A stretch of 64,000 nucleotides of DNA, from IMG/VR virus record IMGVR_UViG_3300050196_000293; one strand, written 5' to 3'. The translations under genes were made by a program, and so were the position numbers. The notes under the pieces were generated by a model that saw nothing but the letters and a program-made list of their open reading frames with translations, made no database searches and had not been told where the DNA came from. This document shows positions 39,901 through 50,100 of this stretch, one piece after another. This DNA is from a virus (Duplodnaviria; Heunggongvirae; Uroviricota; Caudoviricetes). Position 1 is the stretch's first letter. Each line of letters starts with the position of its first letter.

Positions 39901-40546
39901 CCGCAATCGTAGCTGCAATGACTGGCCCTCGGCCAGCGGAAGTTGCAGTGGCGGAACCCGTAGCATTGATAGCTGTGATAGCCACAGTGATCGTGGCCCC
40001 AACGTCCGCAAGCAGCATGGTCCGGGTGGCATTGACAGCACCCGAAATATTCACGCCATCCCGCTTCCACTGGACAGTGTATGAAGTTGGAGAGTTGGAC
40101 CAGGTGCCGTAGTCAGCTGTAAGAATCTGGCCTTCCTGCATCGTCCCTTGGATAATAGGGGCGGTCAGGTTCGCTGGGGTGGCAGCTGTCCCAACGGTGA
40201 TCGTAAAGGTCTGAGTGAGCTTGGGACCAGCGCCTGAGGGAGTGGCCTCGACCGAGATCTGATAGGTTCCAGCTGCAGAAGCCGCTGCGCCAGATCCAGT
40301 CAGCAGACTGTTATTCGTCAGAGAGACTCGGTTGCCAGCGTTGGTGAGCAGCGAGAACGTGTAGTTCCCCTGCCCATTAGCCACGCTGAAATTACCGACA
40401 TTAGCCCCCGCAGCGACACCTTGGAGAAACTGGGACGCAGACAGCACAATGGCGGATGGCACAGAAACACCACCCCCACCAAGTCCAGTCGACGTAACAA
40501 GATTAGTCTTTAGTTTAGAACCAGGTGCGCGCAGGGAGATAGGCAT
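33911..40546 (-). CDS. giant tail fibre protein (2211 aa) with Ig-like repeats and C-terminal GH16-like domain
   Basis: Repeated ...TSYTVQWKRDGV.../...TSFTYQWRKNGV... Ig-like units; C-terminal WPPEIDFMEH matches GH16 ExDxxE catalytic motif. Confidence 0.6.
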   Translation of the reverse strand: MPISLRAPGSKLKTNLVTSTGLGGGGVSVPSAIVLSASQFLQGVAAGANVGNFSVANGQGNYTFSLLTNAGNRVSLTNNSLLTGSGAAASAAGTYQISVEATPSGAGPKLTQTFTITVGTAATPANLTAPIIQGTMQEGQILTADYGTWSNSPTSYTVQWKRDGVNISGAVNATRTMLLADVGATITVAITAINATGSATATSAGRGPVIAATIAVPVATTAPVITKSGTTLTTTAGIWDNAPTSFTYQWRKNGVDVVGATGINYTLTSGDYETPITCRVFATNAGGSTGATSNEITTATPSGIILNTLGLTSASFTSADPTGTVVGTITSKTPGSTLAINPANPRFKIVNGQIQIGNTITTVLADTDLSVTIRETLAGATNSPNYTTLQILARRNTALTDNGVVASNQSPTYPAAASGLAVQMVSGGTSLVYGVSEINHISGILRPNQFEAIYFADGIPEAAGGALIGYTGTSGSVFNSANTAVMVAGLSANAPGGAPGQIYYNVLDVAANGLPDSVIGTTCGFSGVSTSGTKALIGRKMFTAEGIIKMRGPRWVIVGYEAGVPVVYSGTPGNSGECLARGAVALAAIEGLKKTLGSTGLSASRMWMKIRRYIKCDTWFPTAEQRNMFGQGWNMVDTTKFRSGYFYASAAPSTGQTIIINGTTLTAGTEFAIGSVTATLDNLVTYLNATSAFNTLANYYRSNQTLFIVHKTAGNGTAFPIATGTWATCKAGGNQLEILDSAVEFDGLKATAYPVTSLSKNTGFLTAGMADTSPFKVGDQILTNGTAPSGYNTAATNGFITSITANTSITFTATVTGTGTATGIAGVRLTLAGYQDNKGRIITRTTSNTPIYQEVPNFVPDYVVGISDQAVLFGPPSDTLPTTFQWDDGCPWAYDYATNKYKVTLTGRYIGTAPAAIAARLVKWGVPAGTVPSANDIVIDWHLANGIDTVNKTWSKDFYLDEQPDMFVAEVRREGQSLTYRSSTRYMTGPSVLASDQSVTGVTLESEANLPFGVRRMKGIARALTTSGDAHAYYNGMPFNVESTNSAWAISDGSGLVSNNPTRFHFDYPSVGDNQTFDAVPQIYEIRLSALTNGTGGNAITLASTGTAIDVSATTLQGGDTGVAAGGYIYMKGSPGDGNTLTINGVVYTFKTSATVSSPGHIKIGSSDQDTMQRLRDCIHGSGGITTTGSSTWIAPSSLPSNWVAATFDAPLGTNGVRIINRNSDAAAITVTSSTANIKVHYASTQGETSGHVKTNTVNVNTQPADGATLTIGPTVYTFRTTVAALGEVKIGASTATTTTNLISAINNVGGTNGAAGEYFVSAAHTTALACQNTSAITVKPVLPLPVITKPFGLMPANEVNNKPWSAHIYVVEPGVVPHEKVATIGATWFAEAMTERAGTPIVLFSRCAKGDTSIRKFARLANYKPGSKGVDTNGYVQTGATATVKVNGTTNGINQYDEVYITGFSDPTANGIFKVTSDPVSSTFSIACPGKTGGPNIMAVPTLGTPEFINNGEVSVYRNGVTCTMTHSGGIATIVTNAGAGDPDVVVGDQIEIYGANEAGFNGTRTVLTAGVRTYTVALPTNPGATATGSLVMMSPGDMTRAYQDVIESYEKYVAMLPKGLDILHFGHHGGADGGDWSFYDLELKEFYDYWITQGRARKISMGTKNGRVTPLDNTQNNSSNQNSMRKAQYDFASVTPNVYYQGNTYAIGPIAASYAPFSTNRPLAKIQPDGVHATFYGITAGGGAARMGDACGWAAKGQRFGARGAFVSEVVYINNFATMFVFDLPPGATDLMLPAWGSTGFPDAEKYLFNISLQTTNLDYTACATVTGWTKSLNVDGQIEVIVTHENLGEKNVLRYARFGWGDPGFPVPGQTNAWTGIVFPRDNQDILGTGGRPAEPLYDWTPVNKDQTGTVTLSTTMPTLDRGKFNPVPTYQSDWSAPNLFAKMVATASPYDGRNVTWSAGQLATRFSDGGLNTWGGRRRGKEVQSYVDPDMGFGCHEIDLVNDTLTLVAKRVTPSPASGGKYAVSGMLNSAPSFKARRGYWELVCKLPTEKGTFIGWWNEAYQPNIPVGQETWPPEIDFMEHVSNSVSIKVGSIYYTIRDAAGKRLGDLVHKKEVKVVGSPTIPGVDLNDFHTYGCIWEAGPTGYEKFSYYFDDVEIFSELVETAYLPYDMQFIVDLAMGGDWAGPPEASWVESRMVLKSIKFHPLV

Positions 40547-40908
40547 TAGGCAACGTCTCCAGAGATGGAAACATTCAGGTTTCCACCCGTGAGGGTTAGG
40601 ACATTCAGGCGGTAATAGGCGGCGTTCGGTTCGCGCGAAGAGGCGACTTGGATACCGGCAGAGGGGTTACCCGTGAGGGTCGTATTATCGACAGGGGCCC
40701 AGTCACCGATCTTGGTGGCTCGCTCGATCCGAGCCTCGACAGCCGTAGCGGTACCGGTGAGCTGGAACACGATTTCACCCGTCAGATACTGTCTGGAGGC
40801 ACTTGCCGAATCGGTCGGCCCAGTGGTCGTCAGCGTCTCTTCCCGAATATGGATCAGCCGCTTGAGCTTCACTTGTGAGGTATTGATAGTAGCGACTACA
40901 GCCGGCAT
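40546..40908 (-). CDS. hypothetical structural protein
   Basis: Start/stop coupled to giant fibre gene. Confidence 0.4.
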   Translation of the reverse strand: MPAVVATINTSQVKLKRLIHIREETLTTTGPTDSASASRQYLTGEIVFQLTGTATAVEARIERATKIGDWAPVDNTTLTGNPSAGIQVASSREPNAAYYRLNVLTLTGGNLNVSISGDVA

Positions 40909-40992
40909 GGGTTGCTCCTGATTTTGAGCTTAGCCCTCGGCTATTTCAACCTCATAGTCAAAACTGATTTCATCTTATACAGTAGACAAAAA

Positions 40993-41028
40993 GAAACCCG
41001 CCCAGGGGCTTAGGGCGGGTTTCTCTAC
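40993..41028. terminator. hairpin AAACCCGCCC...GGGCGGGTTT with flanking A/T runs
   Basis: Between phoH and next minus-strand gene. Confidence 0.5.
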
Positions 41029-41110
41029 ATTAGCTCGGTGCCTGCTGGTTCCAAGGGATTTATAAATTATCTCAAACCATCACGTTTACAAGGACAATTT
41101 GGTTCAACAT

Positions 41111-41779
41111 CTAGTGTACATTGTTGTATTGTTGTTCGGCGGCAAAAGCCTTGAGCCACTGCTTGACCCGTTCGCTTCGGACCACATCATCAATCTCAAA
41201 CCGGACCAACCCAAATGGCTCCGACATCAGCTTGGCAATCCTGATTAACCGCTCCAAAGCTCCCTCTCTCAGATCAGACTGCTCAGGGTCACCTTCAACC
41301 ACCAGCTTGGAGTCCTCACACATCCGGGTGACGATGGCCTTGCACTGTTTGATTGTGAGGTTCTGAGCCTCAGTCACATGGACGAAGGCATTTGCGAAGT
41401 TTCGACCCCGGATGAAAGCGATAGGCACACATTCTATTGGCCATTTCTGCAGAAGCTCGAAAGGCACAATCATCTTGAGTTCGTCCAGGATGGGGCGCAT
41501 CCAGGGATCCATCTTCTGATCGACGTCACCAGGAAGGGCACCCAGTTCCTCATCCTCCACCGAGATAGTTGGGCGGATGATGATGTGCTTGGTGAATTTA
41601 CCGCTGCAGATAGCTTCAGCCGCAGCTCTGGCCACAACGTGCGTCTTGCCAGTTCCGGCTGGGCCGATACCAAAGGTTAGATTGTTGGAACGAATAGCCT
41701 TGAGATATTGAGACTGTTTCTCACTTCTCGCTTGGAACTCGGGAAGGGTTGGGGGTGACTTGACGACCTTCCGTGCCAT
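41111..41779 (-). CDS. phoH: PhoH-like ATPase
   Basis: Walker A GPAGTGKTH; typical PhoH length and C-terminal region. Confidence 0.85.
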   Translation of the reverse strand: MARKVVKSPPTLPEFQARSEKQSQYLKAIRSNNLTFGIGPAGTGKTHVVARAAAEAICSGKFTKHIIIRPTISVEDEELGALPGDVDQKMDPWMRPILDELKMIVPFELLQKWPIECVPIAFIRGRNFANAFVHVTEAQNLTIKQCKAIVTRMCEDSKLVVEGDPEQSDLREGALERLIRIAKLMSEPFGLVRFEIDDVVRSERVKQWLKAFAAEQQYNNVH

Positions 41780-42074
41780 TTAGGCATACTCCTTTACTCG
41801 AATACATTGTGTGGCAAAGCGTTTGCAATTGCACACGACATTCCTGCAGAGCAGCCGCTCGCTCTCGGTTATTGGCTGCTATCTCGTTGTCGGTCGCTGA
41901 TTTTGCCCAGGCTCCAGGGTCCTTGGGGCAATCGAACATTTCCAGGCTGAACATCTTTGGGGTCACAGTCAGACCCGCCGACTTCGTCACACAGCTGCTG
42001 ACGCAGGCGCTGCATAGCAGGGCTAGGGCCACAAACAGCAGTCTGTGGTTCCTTGTAAATGATTTGAATGTCAT
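41721..42074 (-). CDS. putative o-spanin-like secreted/lipoprotein embedded out of frame in next gene
   Basis: MTFKSFTRNHRLLFVALALLCSAC signal-like N-terminus; overlaps 41869..42342 in another frame; Pro-rich C-terminus. Confidence 0.3.
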   Translation of the reverse strand: MTFKSFTRNHRLLFVALALLCSACVSSCVTKSAGLTVTPKMFSLEMFDCPKDPGAWAKSATDNEIAANNRERAAALQECRVQLQTLCHTMYSSKGVCLNGTEGRQVTPNPSRVPSEK

Positions 42075-42342
42075 GGATTGTCCGGGTGATGATTTTTTGT
42101 CGTTCAACCTGTCCCTTGGACACAATTGGCTGGACAGCTACAATTGCAGCCGCGTTCCTGACTTGGATTGCATCAGAGATCTGGGATGGGCAGCGTCTGT
42201 AGGAATCTGACTTGATATCCTTGGCACACGCTGCGAGCTTAAACCCATTGGTGTAGTTAGTACCGAGGGAGCCCGCTGTAACCCCTGCTGCCAGAATGAG
42301 GCTACCAACTAGGGCGTAGACGGGGACAGGCAAAGGGATCAT
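41869..42342 (-). CDS. putative i-spanin-like membrane protein
   Basis: N-terminal TM PVYALVGSLILAAGV, periplasmic charged domain; directly after endolysin. Confidence 0.4.
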   Translation of the reverse strand: MIPLPVPVYALVGSLILAAGVTAGSLGTNYTNGFKLAACAKDIKSDSYRRCPSQISDAIQVRNAAAIVAVQPIVSKGQVERQKIITRTIHDIQIIYKEPQTAVCGPSPAMQRLRQQLCDEVGGSDCDPKDVQPGNVRLPQGPWSLGKISDRQRDSSQ

Positions 42343-43187
42343 GCCTTTTCAGACTGTCTCTGCTTCATCCAGATGAAGAACAAGGTGGCCACACTAGCCA
42401 GAGCACCCAAGGTGGCGAGGGACTGGGTGGCTTGAAGGACAAACTCCGAGTCCTTGGCAAAAGGTTCCAAGGCCCCCCTGGCAGCTTTGGCACCTTCCAG
42501 GACTTGCTGGGTTACAGGCAACATCACCCCCGCACCGCTGATCCCCACAGACAGTAGGCCAGTCATGAAAGACTTGCTCTGAGATAGTGGCTTGGCGACC
42601 ATAACAGCGGGAGGAGTTGGCAGATCACGAACTTGACTGGAGGGTAGGCTTTCCTCAATCAGAGGCACCAGAGGTTTGATCGTCTCGATGTCCGCCTCAT
42701 TCCACATGTCGACCTCTGCCATCCGGCGAGCCGTCAGACCACGAGAGGTTTGAAGGACATTCTTGATGCGGACCTTGTTGAATCGCATCAACTGGGGTTC
42801 AACACCATCAACCCGGCCGGCGTTGATAATTTTCCAGATGGTCCAGCTTTTGTTAGCTCCGACATTGAAGACGAAGCTCAACAGGGCGGCATACTGATGC
42901 TCAGTCAGGGCATCCACTGCCTCGGGCTTCACACAGTTGTAGAGCTTTTTTACGGCGTGGACCTGGACGTCATACTCGAGCCAGGCCTTAACCTTCTCGC
43001 GGGTGACTTCCATACCGATGACCACGTCGGAACCAGTGTGCCCCACCCCTGCAGTCAGGACGCCCTCTAGCAGGTCACCCTTTTTCAGCATCTTATTGGG
43101 ATTAGCGTCATCGTATGCACGATAGACAACACCCTCAGCCTTTTCGAGGAAGGGGTAGAGGAAGGGGGGAACAGCTCTGGTGCTCAC
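42339..43187 (-). CDS. endolysin, GH24 (T4 lysozyme-like) with C-terminal hydrophobic segments
   Basis: EGVVYRAYDD...GVLTAGVGHTG catalytic E/D/T arrangement; C-terminal TM-like LLSVGISGAGVML and LATLGALASVATLFFIW. Confidence 0.75.
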   Translation of the reverse strand: MSTRAVPPFLYPFLEKAEGVVYRAYDDANPNKMLKKGDLLEGVLTAGVGHTGSDVVIGMEVTREKVKAWLEYDVQVHAVKKLYNCVKPEAVDALTEHQYAALLSFVFNVGANKSWTIWKIINAGRVDGVEPQLMRFNKVRIKNVLQTSRGLTARRMAEVDMWNEADIETIKPLVPLIEESLPSSQVRDLPTPPAVMVAKPLSQSKSFMTGLLSVGISGAGVMLPVTQQVLEGAKAARGALEPFAKDSEFVLQATQSLATLGALASVATLFFIWMKQRQSEKA

Positions 43188-43525
43188 TGGACCAATCCTG
43201 GAATAAGGGCCTTCAGGCCAGCATAGGCAAAGACGAGAATTATGGGTACGATGATGGCTGCGACGACAAATCCAATGATCTCGGATCGACCAGACTGCTT
43301 GTTGATCTGATCTTTCTGAACACTTAGGTCACTTTCCACCTTAACCAGGCGTGCGTCTACAGCACCATGGGCTGTTTCAATTTTGGCCACTTGGTCTAGT
43401 TTTTTTTCGATGGTCTCGAAGCGGCGACCGATATTATTTTCCATAGATTCAAGACGACTGACTATTGGACCGAGGGCACGGTCCACTACTGATAACGCAT
43501 TGTTTAGAAGTTCGTGCTCAGTCAT
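43184..43525 (-). CDS. coiled-coil protein with C-terminal TM anchor (holin/antiholin candidate)
   Basis: C-terminal IIGFVVAAIIVPIILVFAYAGL; upstream of lysozyme. Confidence 0.3.
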   Translation of the reverse strand: MTEHELLNNALSVVDRALGPIVSRLESMENNIGRRFETIEKKLDQVAKIETAHGAVDARLVKVESDLSVQKDQINKQSGRSEIIGFVVAAIIVPIILVFAYAGLKALIPGLVQ

Positions 43526-43526
43526 A

Positions 43527-43697
43527 TCACTTCACCAACGAACTTGGATCGGCATCACCGAAAAGTTGTTCATATCGAGCCCTCAACAGTTTCACCAGGG
43601 TCTTATTCATACTCAAAGTTTCGTACAGGGTTATGGCCTGAAGACGCTCACGATCTGTTTCTGTCATACGAAGGATGGTCGATACGGTCTTGGCCAT
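43527..43697 (-). CDS. small hypothetical protein (56 aa)
   Basis: MAKTVSTILRMTETDRERLQ... read by eye; ATGA-coupled to next gene. Confidence 0.25.
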   Translation of the reverse strand: MAKTVSTILRMTETDRERLQAITLYETLSMNKTLVKLLRARYEQLFGDADPSSLVK

Positions 43698-43736
43698 GGT
43701 TGGCTCTTACATCAATACATTAGATAATGCACACGC

Positions 43737-43750
43737 ATGTCTAGTAGATC
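43737..43750 (-). promoter_or_regulatory. motif variant GATCTACTAGACAT (copy F, reverse) upstream of lysis cassette
   Basis: Plus strand ATGTCTAGTAGATC; shares TAGTAGATC with copy E. Confidence 0.3.
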
Positions 43751-43758
43751 TAATCCAA

Positions 43759-44148
43759 TCATGGGATTTCTGATTCCAGCAATTGCTTCATTGCCTGAGA
43801 AGGACTAACTCCAGCGTCAGTAATATCCCTTAACCACTGCCGGTAGACATCCCACGCTTGGGTCTTCTGGGTTCCAACCCGGCGGCGGATGGCTGGAATC
43901 TCATAATTATCCGAACCGCTCAGTTTTATGTTCCTAATATGGCGAACCGCTGACCAGTCCAGAGGCTTGGTCAGATTGGCAATGGATTGCCCGATGGCTT
44001 CCACGACCCGAAGGGTCGTGGAAGCACAGGCAGAACACATGAAGTCGTCCTCACCTGGGAGGCAGATCATAGCGAAGGCTTCGGTGATCTCCGAACAAAC
44101 ATAACAGACACCTTTGGAGCGACCGTAATCAGCAAGGGTAGTTATCAT
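43759..44148 (-). CDS. Cys-rich hypothetical protein
   Basis: CYVCSE...CSACAS pairs; coupled to J-like gene. Confidence 0.4.
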   Translation of the reverse strand: MITTLADYGRSKGVCYVCSEITEAFAMICLPGEDDFMCSACASTTLRVVEAIGQSIANLTKPLDWSAVRHIRNIKLSGSDNYEIPAIRRRVGTQKTQAWDVYRQWLRDITDAGVSPSQAMKQLLESEIP

Positions 44149-47100
44149 GAGTTTCTCGGCTTCACTATGAACTTGGCTTTCTGACCAGCTGGGGTAGCGG
44201 ATCTAGTGCTGGATGCACCAGAGACCCCCGTCCAGTTCATAGACAAAGATGTAATGGAGGTGGAAATTACATCTACGGTAGACCCGATAGAAACCCCAAA
44301 CTCATCTACGGGATTTCCGACAAAAGCCGTATAGTTGTAAGACCACGCTCTAGTTTGTGGATTATCTGACGATCCAATTTCCCAACTACTATAAACAGTC
44401 ACCTCTTCTAGCACATACCAAATGCCGCTTCTTTTGTACCAGATTTTTAGTTGCTGTCGTGCCTCTGTAGATGAAGGACCTTTCGTTTGAGGATAAACTG
44501 GAAAAGTCCAAGTACCAGTAATATTAAACGTATAGTTTCCAGATACACTAAGATTATTTGATCCCCGTGCCTGTACTCTATTAGGCCCTCCGGTTCCCGC
44601 TGACCCTGGACCTGCCAAGGTGATTTCCCCTGTGCTTCCCGGAGTTACGATTTTCAACAGGGCGGTGAAGCCAGAACCATTTGCGTTGGATGTCTGCAGA
44701 TCATAGGTCTCTCCCGCTGCCAAAGGGGCCAAGCCAGAAGGGATAATATCGATACTAGGGGTAGCCCCTAGATTGACGCCAAATGAGACAACCTCCCCAT
44801 CTGCTGCATAGAAATCCGCTGGCTGTAGGGCCAGTTTCCATTTCACCGATGTTCCCAGGGTGATGTCGGTCCCTGAAGCCAGTGATCCCCGGAAGAAGGC
44901 TGACCCATCATCCCGAACGAACATCCGGGCATTGTCTTCATTAGCTGGTAGGGTGGATGGTCCCGCGTAGAAAATGTATCCGTCATTCGGGCTGATGACG
45001 AGACGCAGGCCATCATTCACCACATCAACCCGCTTGGCGATCAGGTCGGTGGCATCAATCTTGTCAGCCTTGATAGAACCATTGACGATCAAGGACCCCT
45101 TGGTCATTCGGCGGCAGGACATGGCGTCGATCCAGCCTTCGGCTGTGACGCCTAAGCCTGCGTTACTATTGAGGTAAATCATGATCTTCACTGAGACGGT
45201 ATTAGCTGGAGCCTCAGCAACCAGAGTGAGAGGAACCCAGCTGGTGGAACTAGTGACATCATTCTTGATGGCATTGCCCCAGTAATGGCCGGCGTAAACT
45301 AGCGATCCATTTGATTGTTTGAACTCATACGTCATACACAGAGTGGAGGTAGACCCAGAGATGACCTTCGCTTGGCATTCAAACAGAAACTGTTCTCCAG
45401 CCGCGCAGGGAATATCGTCTGCCACACTATAATATGCAGACGCCGCACCAGGAGTGGCAACAAGCCGACGGACCTTGGTGCCATTATAGGCTTGGCCCAG
45501 GCCAGCGGTGTAGACCCCAACAGTGGTCGTGGACTCCTCGCTGTTAGGGTTGGGGATCAGGTTGTCATTGACCCCGATAAGCATGTGGTCAGCACGGATT
45601 GTGCCTGCCCGGATTTCCCGGCCGGTGATTGTGTCTGCCACCATCTTGTCGCCGGTCAGAGTGGCTGCTGCCACATGCTTGGCGAAGATCGTGCCGTCGA
45701 CCACCAAAGACCCGTCGATAGCCTCTTCGACAACGAAGCCTTGGAAGCCCATCCAGCCTGTAGTGCCACCATAGTTAGTCAGGGCACCCATGCGGATGTA
45801 GGTCGCAGTGGTTGGGAAAGGACGAGGAGTGTTGGCCCCAAACAGAATATCGAAAGTCTGCCATCCAGTCGTAGGGGCAACACCCGCGACGGGGTAGTAC
45901 CAGAAGGTCCCATCCCCACCTATGCTGAGGTTGTCGCTGCCTCTGGCGTCTATAACCGCATAGAAAACCCCATTGGCATCAGACGAGCGACGATAGGCCC
46001 CCCTGAAACGATAGGTCTTTGATCGGTCTATTGGAATTGCCATCTCATCAAAAACACTCCCCCCACCCCATCCCGGAGTGAGTGCGTGTCTCAGTTCAGA
46101 GTCACTCAGGACCCCATTGGTAACAGCTCCAACAGTTAGACCTGGCGAGGAGGATATCCACGAGTTGATATCTTTACTAAAAGGGTCCCGGTTCAGTGCC
46201 CGACCACCCACAATCCGAAGGTGGGAGGCCAGGACGGAATTGGCACTCAGTTCAACCGCTGTAATTGATCCAGCCGCCAACTGGTTTGAGGTGATGCTGT
46301 CCGCCAAGATGTCGGATCCATCAACGGCCTTGGTCCAAGCTCCACCCGACAACCGATAGATCTTCTGATCGGTTGTCAGGAAGATGGTCTTGGGACCTGT
46401 GTAGCCTGATGGGTTGGGTAGAACTGCAACCTCAGTGATCCCGATAGGACCAGTGATGCTTGTTGAGGGAATAGAGATAGTTGAGGCTGTCACACCCGCA
46501 CTGGTCGAGGGGAGGAACCCTGACAGGTTCCCGGAAGTGTCGACGGATCGGATCCACACATAGCGAGTGACATTAGTTGCCAAGCCAGTGCGGACAAAGT
46601 TGCCCTTTCCGTCACGCCTTGCAGGGACCGTAGCAATCTTGACTGCAGTTGACTGGGTGTTTGTGGCGCTCTCCCAAACCTCTACAGCATCCAGATCCAA
46701 GTCCGATGAGTTTACCCATTCCAGATTGTACTGGGCGTATCCCGAAGTTGAAACCAAGGAGGCGGGTGTGACTGGAGCGCCCACATCGCTAGTGGCAGTG
46801 TGACTGGTGGAATAGGCCGTCCACGCGCTCAGGTTCCCCAGTCGATCCATGGACCGGATTCGGGCCTTGAAGGCTACGTTCGAGGGAACCACCCAGTCAT
46901 ATTGAGTGCCTGCGGTTGGCCCAAAGATAGTTCCTGTGGTGGCTGTGCCTTGAAGCAACTCGATCTGGTAGCCAACCAGATCGATGTCAGTGACACCTGA
47001 CCAATTAGCAAGCAGTTTGGTTAGCTGGGTTCCGTCTGCGTCTGCCCTCACAGTTGAGGTGAGGGTTGGGATCCCAGGGACAGCGGGAGGTGTCGTATCC

Positions 47101-50100
47101 AATTCCGAATTGGTTACGCCTCGAGGACCAATCAGGGCTGACTGGTTTGAGAATGTCAGGGCTGTGTGGCTCTCGTCGAACTTGTCGAAATAAGCTGCCC
47201 GGATATAGACCGACGTGGTTGTCGGGATCGAGAAGACCTGCTGGTTACCTTTTTTGGTGGGCGTGGTGGTCCCGGGGTTGAAACCACTGGTGCCCGAGGC
47301 CCAGACATAGGCCCCCACAACATCCCGGTCTGTAGGGGTAGACAGAGTTACGAGAACACCACCTACAACGGACTCGGTGACGATGGTCGGGGCTGCAGGG
47401 GCCGCATTGTTGACACTGATAGTCGCGGGAACCGAGCGGTTCCCGTCCTGATCCACTGACACGACCTGGACTTGGAAAGCACGCCTGGCCGTCCCTCCCC
47501 CATCGACTTTGTTGGTGAGGAAGTCATAGGTCCACGTCAGAGAGGAGCCCATGTTTTCAGTTCTGACCACAGCGTTCGCAGTGGTCAGGACTTGCAGTTC
47601 ATAGTGATCGAACGTGGGGTTGGGAGCCGCTGCGGTCCAGGCAAAGCTGGGCGACAAATCCTCAAACGTCGTGGAGCTGGATCCACCAATCAGCCTGACA
47701 CTGGTAGGAGGTGCCACCACCCGAACCACGCCTGTCAGATCGTGGATCGTTGTGGCCGGACCCGACTCCCCTCCCCTGATTTCAATCGAAGTGACTGAGA
47801 CCGCGTGCTTGCCAGAGGTTGGCCCTTGGATGGTGATGAAAGTGTCTGCTGTTTCGAAGACGTTGGTAGGCACCCCGTCAACGGAGTAATAGACCTTGTA
47901 AGCCCGAACCCATTTGCTGCTGCTTCGATCCCAAGTGACTTTCAAAGTCCGGTAGCTGGCCAAGCCTTGCTGCTGGACCTCGCTGGAGATCCTCAGATTG
48001 GTGGGGGCTTCGGGAATCTCATTGCCGAACGAGCTGTAGTCCAGGACCTCAGCGGGTTGAGCCAGATCGATGTAGGCATACTTCGCCCGATTGACCTCAA
48101 GGGCTGTGATCTGGACGTTTTCGCCTGAGCCATCGTCTGCCGCCAAGTTGATGATGCGGTAGGGTTTGGGGAAGCCCACATACCCCTCAGCCTCCAATGT
48201 GAAGGCAGCATATTCAGCCAAAGGAGGCAATGTGGTTGTGAACGACAACTGCGTCCGGGTACCCGCCGCGCTGTTAACTGTACGACGCTCAGTCTTGAAG
48301 GGGCTCTCACCGTTTCCGGGGGAGTAGTCAGGGTTAACGATGTCGAAGGTCGCGGTGTAAGTGATACCTGGGTCCAGTGTTACACTGTCCCTAAGCCGAA
48401 TTGAGGTGGAGCTTTCAACACCAGAGATACGGCCAGAGATACCCCGACCCACGGTTGGATCAGCTACCAGAATGATTTCCCAAGCCGATAGATAGCGACC
48501 CTTCCGGTTTGTCAGGAAGGTGACGGTTTCTTTCTCGGTTAGTCCCGTGATCTGACGACGTCGGGCACGAGCCTTGGCCTCATCGACGTCCGTACAGCCC
48601 GCTGCGATAAAGTTGTCACTGATCCGGCCGTTGAGGGTGATGTCGTCCTCATCACGAATGACACGCTTATCACGCTCCCAATTCAGGGCAGGGTTGATGA
48701 ATTCAACCGTCGTCTCATTGGCGCGGCTGAGCGCCTCGGTGTAGCTGTAGGCAAAGCCATCTTCCCCCACATTCTCTGGTGTAAATATAGCGACGGCAGG
48801 GGTGTCTTGGTCCACCAGAACCACAACGCTACCATTCCCATCATCGTCGTAGCGGGCTGCGCCCGTCCCAGCGATGTATTGAGCCAGTTCTTTGCGGTCG
48901 CGGGGCTCGGTAATATAATCGTTGTAGGTCCACCGGGGGCGGAAGGTACCGTCTTCCCTTGGGACTGGAGTGTCACAATATTGAGCCCAGTCGTAGACCA
49001 TCCATTTATTGACGACGTGAGGGATAGTGGTGGACAGACCATAGGTGCTGTTCTCCACAAAATCCAGGAATACCCAAGCCGGATTGTTGGTGTATTCAAT
49101 CTTGTAGGTACCATTCCAGACACCAGTGTAGGTTCTGGCCACAGCGTCATAGTTGACAGGGACCTTTACAACACGCCCCATCACGTCTTGCTGGAAGGTG
49201 GGAACACTCCTGAACTGGTCACTCGCCTGAGCAAGAACCTTCGTCATGGCTACGCCATTGAAGGTTAGAGCTTTGCGGGTGATCTCCTGGATACTCTCCC
49301 ACTGGACCACACTGCTGTTTTCCGTGTTGCTGTCGGCAGACAGCTTCGTAACCCGGAATTGATAGGGTACCGTAGCCTCCGGGAGGAAGACACGGATCTC
49401 CTTGACTGTTGAGGAACTGACCTTCTCTTCGATGGACCAGACGCCATTTACCAGCGAGACGGAACTACCGAGATTGGCCTTGGAGGAGTTGCCAAACACC
49501 CAAGCCGTGCCGTTGAACACCAGCAGGGCTGTGGGGGACGAGATCCAGTAGTCCCCTGTGGCTCCAGCCGGTGGGGTGGATGACTCTTTGAATAGCTTAC
49601 AGGTGCGCCCCTTCTGGTCCACAAAGGTCCAGTAGGTTGCGAAGTTGGTGAGGGCGGCTTCATCCCACCGATCCGCGCCATCGTTCCATTTGTAAAGTTT
49701 ATGTGTCACCACATCAACGCAGAGAGACTCGGCATCGACGGCCACGAAGTTTGGAATAGTCGAGGAGGTGAAAAGCTCCCGATCTCCGACAAAGCTGTAG
49801 CTTACGGATGTCCCAGTCTTAACACCTCCTGAGTTTCCAAACACTTGGTTCAGGAGACTGCCAAAGACCCCACCCATTTGGCTGAAATGGTAGGCGAGAC
49901 CGTTTGGCCCCGGGATGTTAACAGGGTCACTTCCACTCACAGCTACCCAAGCCGGTGTCCAAGTGGATTGGTCAGTCCGCTTGATTTCAAACTTTAGTGA
50001 CAAGGGTAGCTTGAAGGTACCATCCGAGTTGGATTTGACCAGGGATTGGATGACCATCCGAAAGTCAGCAGCATTGATACCCGTGGTGAAACCCGACCGG

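Noticed and set aside
45315-49268. Plus-strand ORFs inside the J-like gene, and minus-strand ORFs such as 48683..49150
   Set aside because: The same argument applies: overlapping or antisense frames of a well-supported giant gene.
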